A DNA stretch of 64,000 nt from Raillietiella orientalis (taxonomy: Eukaryota). A model generated the notes under the pieces. It was not told where the DNA came from, did not search any database, and saw only the letters and a list, made by a program, of their open reading frames with translations. Location of the stretch: the NCBI GenBank assembly GCA_036172245.1, contig JAYWIR010000061.1, positions 248,001-312,000 of the forward strand, read 5' to 3'. Position numbers and translations under genes: made by a program. Within the stretch, counting starts at the first letter, position 1. Every line of letters starts with the position of its first letter. This document shows positions 51,470-62,289 of the stretch, in pieces.

Positions 51470-53030
51470 TGCTGGAGTGTTTCTTCCATAAAAAAGAAAC
51501 TTTCGCAATCTCTGTGGTTAGACCAGTGGTCCAGCCACGTACGTTTCACCGGGAGCCTGCCGGGTTACCGGTTCGCAGACCGGTGAGGTCCACCACAGCT
51601 GCAGAGGGGAGGAGACAAACAAAAAGAAAAAGAAACAAAAGTAAAAATAAATGGGTAAAAATGAATTTTGGGTGGTCACGTCCTGATGAGGCCGGCCCCC
51701 TGCATCCTTTGGAGGATGTCGGCTCTCGCTGCATACAGTCCTTCAGGTGGGACCATCTCTTTGCCATCCTCATGAAGCGAACGGCAAAGTGGATGTGACA
51801 TTCCTGTCTCTCAGTCCTCTTCCAGCGTCGCTCCAGGCCTCCACAATCCCGCGTAGGCGGTCGAAAGCTGCTGACAAGGCTGCCAACCGAAGGGCGTTGC
51901 GTAGGAGGATGGGTCGTAAAGCGTCCCTGGAGTTACCGCCGGGGGTTCCTAGGGTCGCAGCAAAGCGTTCCCAGAGAGGCCGGAGAGCAACAGAATCCGC
52001 AAGCAGGTGGGGGAGGGATTCGCGTTGCCCGCATCTGGCACAGTCCGGGTCGATATCCCCCCCGTGTCCAGTGATGCCGGCGGGCGTTGCACGGGAGACC
52101 CCCATACAGCAGCATCAACGCCGACTGCTACCACTTTAATGAGAGGGTACGTCTGCCCAGGAGCACTGGGGGTCGCTGCAGGTCTTCCTCTGGAATACCC
52201 AGTAGCTCGCTTCCTTGTAGGGAGAGGGTCACCAGGCTCTCGTTCCTGTCTCCTCCTGTTCGGATCCGTGGTTCCCCCGCAGGTGGTCTGGTATGGATTT
52301 CGAGCCTCACCCGCTTTCGGTCTCGTCTTTCTGCGGCTTCCGGCTCTGAGGCCTCTTCGGAGACGGCAGCGCCTTTTCGGTCAGTAGTACTTACTCCCCA
52401 ACCCAAGATCTACAAGGTGGGATACTCGCGGTTTCAGCGTCCGTTAGCTAGTCTGTCGTCCACTCGCCCAGTCCTCTTCTCTTTTCGGAGATTCCCGCAC
52501 GAACTTCCCACCTCGCCGCAAGGCTGCTGCCCATGTGTTCCCTCAGGGAGGAAAGCGCTGAGGAAAAGGTGTTTGTATCCTGCCTACACGCTCTCTGTGG
52601 GTTTTCCAGAATCTACCGGAGCGAGCGGTTGTTATAGGAGCAGTTCAGCAAACGCTGCGCCTGTTCCGGGCAAAGCTCGTTGTGCTTCGCCCACATACGG
52701 ACGGCTTCCTGCAGCCAGGCACTACCGTTCGCCCGGAGGAAGGAGACGCAGCTGATGTTCTTTCTGGTGAGCGTAGCCTCCGTCGAAGCTGCAGCTTGCA
52801 GTGAGAGATGTTGCGGCGATCCCCGCGCGCAAGGAAGGTCGCGAGTCCCCCGCTGCCGGTGGCTTGCTGGACGAGGAGGCGCGTAGGATCGCACCAGGTG
52901 GTGCTTCACAGCTTTGCCACCTGGGCAAGTGTCCAAGATTGGAGCCGAAGCTCCATTCACTCCAGCCTCAAGTGGCTGAGTCCGCTGTCCCGATACGGGG
53001 CTCAAAGGTCCTTCAGTCGGACCCGAGAAA
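51470..53030 (-). mobile_element. 5'-truncated L1/Tx1-type element, same family as 45420-48045
   Basis: LLYGGLPCN..DPDCARCGQRESLPHLLADSVALRPLW (51992-52042). 3'UTR ctcaccggtctgcgaaccggtaacccggca matches ctcgccggtctgcgtacaggtcactcggca at about 47935. Confidence 0.75.
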
Positions 53031-53039
53031 TGCGGCATG

Positions 53040-56000
53040 ATTTTCGTACCCGGTCACGTCGGGACGTTTATTTCGCAAAAACAAAACAAACCACAAGCTG
53101 GAGGGAAAGAAGGATATCTCCTCAAAGAACAAGAAATACCTATAAAAACGAAGTTCACTCGGGAGAACCACCGGCACGCAAGCCGGATTTCAAAAAGTAA
53201 GGAACGGAGGGAGGGGACAATAAATAACTTAAAAAAGATGGGAGAATGGATACAGGGCTCTTTGATATGAGACGTTCCTTCCTCTTTTGAAGTGGCTGTG
53301 GATGACGGCGATCTCTTTGGCGACTTCTGGCACCTTGCTGCTGTCGTGAGGTCTGCTGACATACTAGTGGCCTCTCTTCGCCAAGAACTCGATTCTTACA
53401 CATGGAGGACTGTCACTATGCGCGGACGCAGCATCTCCTTGCCATCACAGCGCCCTTCAGTCTGCTTTCTGTGAAGAATCGTCGCAGCAAGTCCGATGCA
53501 CTGTCCTGCGGTCGACGAAGCAACGAAGAGTCTCCACCACAAGCCCTCGAGGGCACTGCACTCCAACAAAAGGTGCGGGAGCGATTCCATCGTCCCACCA
53601 CACCTGGAACAGTTAGGGAAGGCAACTCCTCCGGAAACCAGGTGTCCGCACTGACCGCACTGGAATCTCCAGTGCAGAAACAGCAGCACATCCTGTTTCC
53701 ACATGAGCGGGAACACGGAGGTGTCCCCGCAAAGGGAAGGAAAGTGACGGCCTGAGTGGGCAGTACCGTGCGTCGGCGTACTTCCGGTTCAGCATGGAAA
53801 AATTTTCTGACCGCCACGGACAAAAATTTACGCAGCTTACTACGTCCACAGGCGAGGTCCATTAAGGACGGGGCCTGCAGTGCGTGAGGGAAGCGCGCGG
53901 GGAGTCCGTCAACCGCTTCCTCATTGGGAACGAAGGCACGTTCGCCAGGAGGAACGAGGGATGGAAGCCTGGGTCACTCCAACAAAAGTGCGGTAGAGAT
54001 GATGGCCTTCAATCAACCTGTTGCCGGAACCGATTCGGACCACGAGAGCAATTGGTGCTCCGCGGTGACGGGAAGGCAAGGGCGATGTGTGTCTCCTTCC
54101 ACTAGGAATTCTCTGCTGAAGCGCCAGGACGAAGGAAGGAAAGCAAGTACGGAGGATTGGTTCTCCGTCTCGCCGCTAGAGAGGTACTTGCGTCGGTGAG
54201 AACGACGATCGCAGGATCCCTTTTGGGACGTGCAGAAGCGAAGGGGGGGAAACCCAGGGAAATGGGGGCCAAACAATCGCGATGCTGGGGCATCCGCGCC
54301 TTCCGGACAAGAAGCACCACCAGTGCGGAAGAATGGAGCCCGATGGTAGGAAGCTGCTTGCTGTTGTGGAAAAATGGATGCGATGAGCGTCTCGTTGAGG
54401 GAAAAAAAAAAAAACCTTAGCTACTAAATCAGCCACTGGAAAAGAGGCACGCCTCGAGTCTTGCTGCACTCGGCCTCGAAGCCGGAGGGACGGGGGAGGA
54501 ACAGATCTCCCTCGCTCTTGTGCTCTTTTCGATCGCGTCGCTGGGACCCGGGCTGGAGTCATGTGCTCTGTCAGTGCGCCCCGGTGCTTCTCCGAACCCT
54601 CTCTCGCAAGCGTGCGTCCCTCGTCAAAAGCAGCAGCGATGCGCCCACTCCTTCGTCGGAAGAGAAGGGTGCACCAAGGGAACCAGCAGCAGAGCGAACC
54701 CGTCCGTACGAGGCGGAGGTGATTCCGGCGGGAAGCGCCGAGTCGCGGAGGCTCCTCTCCCCCTTCCTTCCCCGATTTTCGCCAAGGTCGAATTCACTGT
54801 GACCTTGGAAACGGGCCGAGGTCGACTTTGTACCCTCGCGCGCTCCCCAACGCTTATCGTTGCCGCACGAGGGAGGACCCTCCTAGCGAACAGCGGCCCG
54901 CAAACCTTCACCGCGAGGCGGGACCGCGGTTCCCCGCCGCTCGCCGACACTCCCGAAGCGTCAAAGAGCGCGACCAGGCCACGGCTCGAAAATCGCAAAA
55001 CCACCGAAGGTAGCCACCTTCGGTGGTTGGAAACCAGCTGAGATCGGGAAGCTGCTGCCTGGTAGCAAACCTCGCAGGGGACAAGGACGTGGTCGGAGAG
55101 CCGGACACCAACTTCTGCAGAGCAGGCTCAGCTTCTTCTGCCCCAAGTGAGAAAGCAGGCAGGAACATCGGCTGGAGGGTCCGCCAGCGTGCGTTGGAGG
55201 GTGCCCTTGTATGACGGGATACCCCCATGTCGCGATTGTTTAGTTCCATTTCCCTAGATATTTTTTTTCCCTTTCTCCTCTGCACTTCCCGAAAGCAGGT
55301 TCAGGACAGAAGCACTCATCTTGGGGATCACATCCATGATCGGCGTAGGACGAGCTCAAGGAAGTTCAGGGTCCTTCGTTTTTTCCCTAACCGGTCCGTT
55401 GTGCATCCGCTGCGCTTCCTACCGGATACTCAGAAGGGGTAGCCGAGATGCCGCGCGCTGTCCAATGAAGCGCTCGGCAAAGGCCTTTATGAAACACCTT
55501 CGCGATCCTGAGGGAGCATTGGCTTGGATCCCCGTTCAGATGCGCTTCCCTACCTCGGCTCGCAGCCTCCGAGCTTCTTCCGGCGCACGAACGTCTCCTT
55601 GTCTCGTTCTTCGCGCTTCGGCAACGAGCCGGATGGCACACGTCAGCAGCCCCGTCTAAATTTACAGACAGCAACATCCAGACCGGGACTGCGGCGGGAG
55701 AACGCCCCCGAGTGATCCCTGTGACCTGCATCCGATTCCCTTCCACTTGGCTTCCTCCACCAAACCCCTCGTGAACCCCGACAGAGTAACGAAAAAAACC
55801 ACGGCAGCGACCACGGCTTCAGCTTTTCCGCTGCCGTACGTATCCATCGATCTTCACGAACCGGCTGCTTTCTTCTGTTGCTAAATGATCTCGACCTAAT
55901 CCTCAGAGAGACCGGCTAATCATCGTTTCCATCGTTAAGGTACCATGGTGATTGGAGACGGAAGGAAGGGGGGGTAATAGTCCCGCGCCCCTGATTAGCA

Positions 56001-56400
56001 TGGACCCTGCTTTGCGATATGAGCGTCGACGCTGAGAGGACGGGCGGCTCCATCCCGGAGAGACAGAGGATGGCAACCGACGGACCGCTGCTGCCGCTTC
56101 TCCGAAGACAAGCCTGGAGTGCTGGCCGGGGGGGAGGGGGAAATGGAGGATGGTTTTGAGAGGCTGAGGAGTCTTGGATGCGCCTGACAGAGCACAGCGT
56201 GAGCATCGTCCCGAGGTCGTCGGAGTAGGCAAACTGGATCCAGAAGGCCTAAGTCAAAGCGAAAGCAGCAGCCAAAGAGAAAGGCAGGACGAGGGACGCT
56301 CTTGCGGTTGAGGAACAAGTCGTAATCGATCTATATGGATGAGAAGGAAGGATAGGGAAGGAGGAGTACCGTGAAGGAGGAAGACATGAGAGAGGTCCCC
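53040..56400 (-). mobile_element. L1/Tx1-type ORF2 relic
   Basis: FPNCSRCGGTMESLPHLLLECSALEGLW (53558-53611), EEAEPALQKLVSGSP (pre-RT), KIDGY..AKWK (APE end). 3' terminus motif shared with 57401. Confidence 0.7.
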
Positions 56401-57399
56401 ACGATTACCTTTGCGACAGTCTTTCCCGGTCATATTGAGCCGTCGGGACGGCACCTCCATCCTTCCTGCGACCATCCCTTCCCGTCCGTCGCGCCTACCT
56501 GAGATCGCCGCTGGGCCTCGGCTGCTTGGAGGATCCGCCGAGCGCGTGACCCAACAATTCTCCGCGCGAGGGATCGGCATCCCATCCTTGGCGGACCTAT
56601 GTCCGAGCAGGCGGAAGGCCGAGATACACGCACGGCGTTCCCCCTCAGTGCAGAGTGTTCGCTGACCTCCGTCCGGGCTGGACGCTCGCGCCTTTTCGCC
56701 GCTTAGATGCTGCTTCGGACGCCACCTCGGAGCCTGCTCCTCTCCCCGCTGCACGGGACGCCTAGACGGCTTGCGGTCCGCTTGAGTGCTGAGGGGTCGG
56801 AGCAGGGTATGAGCCGCAAGGATGCCTTGAGCCAGGCGAGGACCATTGCTTCCGCCTAAAAGACGGAAAATCGGGACAGGATCGTTCCTGTTTGAAGAAC
56901 TGCCAGATCTGCCTCGAGAAAGGAGCTGTCGCTTCATTGCACCAGCTGCGTGCAGGAACCTTAGACTGCGTCAGCGGTGTCTTCTGAGCCAAAGAAGCAC
57001 ACTTTGACAGGTGGAGAAATTTTTTTATTTTTTTTGCGTCTGGCAGGATCGACAGCTGTCTTCGTGGACGCGTCTCCTCATCATTCGCGCTCTGGTAAAC
57101 AGAGACATCCAGATCACTTCTTGCGCCGTTCCCTTTCGGATTCGACAGGAGGCACAAAAACGGCGCCTTCCGATGCTGCAAGCGAAGAGCGGAGAATCCG
57201 ATGCGGAATTGCATTGCCGATTCGCTGAATTCCAACGCTCACAGACTCGAAAACCAAATGGTCCACGCTTCCTGGAGTCGGCGACGGCGACGGCGACGGA
57301 CCTCGCGCGTGCTCATCGCAAGCACGTCCATCTAGCTCCACCGTGCCGCCTCAGCTGAAAATGCTAGATATCCAACCGGGTATTGGATAAAAGCATGAA

Positions 57400-58760
57400 A
57401 TTTTTCACCCGGTCACGCTAGGGCGTTTACTTAGTAAAAATAAACCGGTTGGGAGCACGCTGGTACCCAACCGAAGACAAAAGTTCAGAAGGAGAGTCCA
57501 TCAACACTTGGCGGACCCTCCTGATGAACTTTTGTCTTCCGGATATCTGGAAGTCTGGGACGGGAGGGAAGGGATGAGTGACAACAAAAAAAGTGAGTAG
57601 ATCCCTGGGGGATTGGGCGAGAGTCTTTGGGATCGCTCCGTTTACACCGAGACGAAAATATGCAAACCGGGAAAAGTACGGAGCGAAAGGGATTGGGAAA
57701 TTAAAAAAAAGCAAAATAAAATAAAGGGAGACTGGGGACAAGGGTCATTTGTGTCCACCGTTCCTTCACTTCAGAACCGGCGCTAGGTGCCGGCGATCTC
57801 CTTGTCTTTCTCCTGCAAGTGAGGCCATCTTGCCGCCTCATGAAGGCGGCTGCCATCCTGCTGACCTCGTTCGCTGTGTCATCGTCTCGAGAATGTGGCG
57901 AGCCGTGACGATGGCACGGATGCAGCCGACGGTGGAGATCACCGCGCTCGTCGAAAGTCCGTCGGGTACGAAGAACAGCCGCGACAGGGCACACGGGCGG
58001 TGTCCTCCTGGTGCAGGGGCTCTGACACCAGCCTCAACCACTCCCTCCCATCGGGCACTGCGGTTCAAAAGCAGGTGCGGGATAAAAGCACGAAATGCCT
58101 CGATCCAGAGCACCACATGCAGGATCCGCCAGCTCATGCATCTCTGAAGCCTTCCCGTGGAACACTGCGTGAAATTTTCCGTTCTTACTTTGAAGCGGTG
58201 GAAACCGAGAACCGGGTTCACGATCTCGTCTGACTTAAAGAAAAGAGCTTGAAGTCCACGTTCGAGTTTGAAAGCACTTCGCCGTCCGAGCAGCATGTTC
58301 CAAAGACTTGATTGCATGGCGTTGTTAATCATTGCGCTCATTGGAACGATGCACTCCCCTAACAGTATATACGAGACCTACTCTGGGGGAAGTCAAACGA
58401 AAGAGCGAATTTCCATTCTGTTTGGAATGCCTTGAGGTCAAGCATGGTGGGCATCCTTCGCAGGGTATTCCTTTTACATTAGACGTGCTCATTCAGTTCT
58501 TCGTCCCGCGCATAGTTGAGAAACAAGAGCCAAACCTTCATGCAATGGTTGATGTGCTTTGACTTCAGAAGATTCGAATTTCAAAGCCTAGTAAGGGAAA
58601 AGGAGAGAGAAAAAAACAACACAGAAGACATTGCTAGAAGGGTTCGATTGACGCATCCACGCGTGGTTAGGGCTGCAGCCTTGAGACCGACTAACCTAGC
58701 TTATCAAAGAATTCTTCTACTCCATCCAATCATTGGCAAAGGGTCAATTCTCGAACTTTG
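57400..58760 (-). mobile_element. 5'-truncated L1/Tx1-type element
   Basis: SWRILHVVLW..IPHLLLNRSAR (zf-RVT with CxxC deleted) and KAAALTTRG (cf. LSxxGR). 3' end cccggtcacg..gggcgttta homologous to 53048-53072. Confidence 0.65.
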
Positions 58761-58810
58761 GTCAACCGACCCTGATTAGTACACTATTCCATGAGGAGTG
58801 TTTGTGTACT

Positions 58811-58845
58811 TCATGCCCACGGATCCCATGTGACCGTGGGCATGA
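58811..58845. repeat. Perfect 12-bp inverted repeat at the GC/AT boundary
   Basis: tcatgcccacgg-(11 nt)-ccgtgggcatga. Confidence 0.9.
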
Positions 58846-59069
58846 TGGACGGAACTTTTGTTCTCCTTACTATGCCCGTTAGTGCAGGTGGGGGATTTGC
58901 CAGAAAATGACCTTCCCTGCTATTATGCTAGATCTGTGATCTAGGACCGAGGCTTACGAGAAAAATCTCTATTTACTTTTCTCGCTTCAGATCAAAAAAA
59001 TTAAGAACACGGAACGTTACGCGGAATTATCAGAAAATTGATGCCAAAAACATTACTGTTATACCTGGA

Positions 59070-62000
59070 AGGTTGTATATGAACGAGATTGATATGAACA
59101 TCCCGTTTAACTGCGAAAACAAGACATTCACACAGACGCTTCAATTAAAGAAAGATTCAAGTTCCCTCCACCCCCCCGAGGTTTCTATTAAACTGAGGAA
59201 TGATTTTTCTATGTATTTCTTCTTTCGTAATTTTACTCTGGTCAAGAATACAAAATACTTTTACTCCATAGATATACGTTTAGTTAGTTATACGTTTCCC
59301 TGATAAACTGCTTGACCCTTTTGATGCATGATGCAAGAATAAAATGTCCCTTAAAACATATAGATGCCTGTAAAATACGTCCTCACTGTCTGCTTCCTAA
59401 TTGTAGAAATGTGAGAAAAGAAAACAAAGTTCCCACGAATAAATAACAATCGTGTCTTACTGTTGTCTTTATTACTAGTTTTCAACTTTTTTAGCCCTCG
59501 AAGATGAAAATTGTTCCCTGAGCATGCCCGAATCGAAGTTCAATCATCACGCACAAGCATAAATTCCCATCCATTACAGAATTTTGATTAGCTTCCGCTT
59601 GTACTTCCTCAATATAGTATGCTTCCACATAAGATTACATAGCCATTAATATTAATTGATTAAATCGTCCCCCTAATTACCATTGGAAAATAAAGGCATA
59701 CGAGACAATGCTTGGCAGAGACTGAAAACTCAGGGAATTACTGTTTTGTAGGCAGGTTTACCTTAGCTGACTGGAGTCATACCAAGCAGGCTATGCATTC
59801 TACTTTACGTGAAACGAATTTTGTGCCTCTAATTTGTGATCTACTGATTCCAAAACCAATGAGGACTTCAAAGATCACTTCAATGATGCACTTTAAGGAT
59901 TTACATAAACGTGATGAGCTCCCAGCTCCTCAAACTTTTGTTCCAGTCGGCATTTCCAATTCATTATCGGACTGATGCTTTGCTAGGCAACTTTTAAAAA
60001 CGCTAAGCAATAGCTTTGCAATCCTTGACTTTGTAATATTACAGTCTTGACAGTAATTTTTTTTTTTTTTTTTCACTTTAGGGTATCTGTAAATATCGTC
60101 ACAATATCCACGGCATTACAACCAAAAAATGAAATTTGTTTCAAAAGATTCAAAATCAAAGTGTATTTTGCATACTATGAATGTATGGCAGTAAATAATC
60201 AGCCAATGCCTTTCCAGTCTGGAGTTGTAAAAATGTTCGTTCCATGTGCTGGAAGAAAAAGTGCATTCACTGAACAATCTTTTTCATGACAACTGGTATT
60301 TCCAACTCAAGTTCATGCTGTGTGATGATTCTTACTATTATATAAATAATTACCCTCACTAGCTGAAAGTTTAATCTTCTGTCCAAGAGTGCACTAAAAA
60401 CATAACTGAAGTATACAGAAACATCAATCAACAAATGTATTGCTTAATTTATTGTTTCTAATTCCTCTCTTTGCTGAATCTTCGTTTTATAACCTTCAAA
60501 AATTTTTTACTCGTTTACAAAAGACCTACCACTCATATTGAATCAAACAACAAGAAAAAATGAAAGCTAGCCCTTATTTGTTGATTCAATGCACATTTAA
60601 TAAATTGGGCTTCCCAAATGACCTAAAATATTCTCTAAGCACTGTTAGTCATTTAATCAAACTGATTTCATGCACTTTCTCTGGAAGTAGCTATGGCCTA
60701 CCAAGAATGTTCACCTACACTGGGTCTCCAGCACTTGTTTTGCACCTCCTAGAAAAAAATGATGCCTCTTTTATTCAGCTTGAGTTCTATATCTGGCTCA
60801 TTTTTTACAGGATGAATAAGTTGTAAATTCTTCACCAGCATTAGTATCTTTTTTCTGCATATATAGCTGACCATTAACATTATTTCATCAAAAAATAGCT
60901 TGCTAGCCCCCTCTGGTTGTTCAATTGGAAGAATTTACCACCTTTATCCTACAACCCAATTTCCACAATCTTGCCAAGATTCTTGTAAAATATGAAATAA
61001 TTATCTTACTGAACTATTGTTGGGATAGAAATACATGCTTCATCAAATGTAAAGTTCATGCTGGTGTGAACTTTTCCCTTATAATATTCCCTTACTTTTC
61101 CCTTTTCCCTTACATTTTCTGTAAGCCACATATTCATACTCAAACTTTTCAAAAATGAAAGCTAGGCGATTTGCAAATAAGTTACAACTTGTGTGGTCAT
61201 CACCTGCATGATCAGGTCACTACTGATCATGCAGGCAATGAACAACTTTTATGATAATCATTCACCATTGGTAAAAGTTTCTACTGTTGTGGAAAACCCT
61301 GCAAAAGTATAATGCTGCCCAATATACATTAGTACAACAACATTTTTTCTACATATTGAACCATTCATTCATTATTGCAGATATTTTCACCACTTTGGAA
61401 GTAAAGTATCATTCTTTCTTTTAAATAATCGTTTTCTATATAGGTATAAGATTCCAATATCTTTTGCTCTGTATTCACGTACAAGTTATACAATACGAAT
61501 CTTACTAAACAGCTATTCCCTTCCACTTGCATTAAGTGTACTAAAAGACCAAAAAACTCTTCATAAAACTTTATGAAATTTCCACAATTTTTCCAACTAT
61601 TTCCAATGTTCAATGCAACCTTATTAATAAAACCATTAAGATGCTTTCCTGTCAACTTTTCTTCATCCTTTTCAAAACCACTATATTGTGTGCAAACAAC
61701 TTGCACCAATTTCCATGATAAGGGACTACCTTACTTGATCATTTACATCACCCAAAAATGGTTAGAAAAACATACCAAAGTATTCAAATGATTTGTTGAC
61801 TTATACCCATTTAACACCTATTCCATCCTTCACTTCAGTTACAAGAATACGCAATTCACCATCAAAATCGCTATGTCGAAACAGCCAACTAACTGATCTT
61901 TCCCACTCCTCTAACTACATATCCTCATATCAATTAATCTTCGCCGATGCGGTTGGCATAATTTGAGTTTTTTTGTTAATACTGTAGAAGGATGAGTCAA

Positions 62001-62150
62001 TAACGTTCCTAGTTGCTTATACGCCAACATAGTTCCTAGCACCCTTAATCGCCTCCATTTTTCAATAATTCAAGAACTTGAGAATAAGCACCACAAAGTA
62101 AAAAACCCTCTGGCATCATTTTTTAAAAGTGAAAAAATTACTACCGTTCT
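59070..62150 (+). pseudogene. Endogenous viral element: degenerate L (RdRp) gene of a Mononegavirales/Jingchuvirales-like negative-strand RNA virus
   Basis: Collinear plus-strand motifs with L-like spacing: SLHPPEVSIKLR (GHP block, about 59165), LEDENCS (DKxxS, about 59500), YRILI, ETE...GRF and ETNF..LIP (pre-A/F, 59718-59855), FVPVGISN (motif A position, about 59940), HGITTKK*NL (motif B GxxQKxW, about 60106-60135), CMAVNNQ (motif C GDNQ, about 60181-60202), LISCTFSGSSYGLPRMFTYTGSP (cf. P..GG....RGxPD, 60662-60730), FILQPNFHNL (cf. LxxDPxxLN) and YIGIR (cf. YLGSxT, about 61436). Many stops and frameshifts. Confidence 0.7.
61203..61235. repeat. Perfect 13-bp inverted repeat inside the viral relic
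   Basis: cctgcatgatcag-gtcacta-ctgatcatgcagg. Confidence 0.92.
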
Positions 62151-62289
62151 TTCACATTGAATGAATCCGATAATGAGGTTTCAGACTTCGCCGCAACTTG
62201 GACTGAATGATTCACTCGAAAAACTAAAAACCCGCTCAAAAATATGAATCGGGAAAGATTACCAACATGGCAATAAAACATCTGAATGC

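Noticed and set aside
1..58800. GC-rich block as a bacterial contaminant or integrated large DNA virus
   Set aside because: It contains a spliced animal PDE3 exon, microsatellites and eukaryotic TE relics, and has no dense intact gene array.
59050..59200. Minus-strand PQFNRNLGGVEG, resembling mononegaviral motif B (GGxEG), which would imply an inverted second L fragment
   Set aside because: It depends on a C7 run, and the plus strand gives about ten collinear, well-spaced L motifs across the same region. Treated as probable coincidence; a blastx of both strands would settle it.
60600..60640. Minus-strand EYFRSFGKP, resembling paramyxoviral FRSFGHP
   Set aside because: Antisense to the better supported plus-strand L frame, with no consistently spaced neighbouring motifs.
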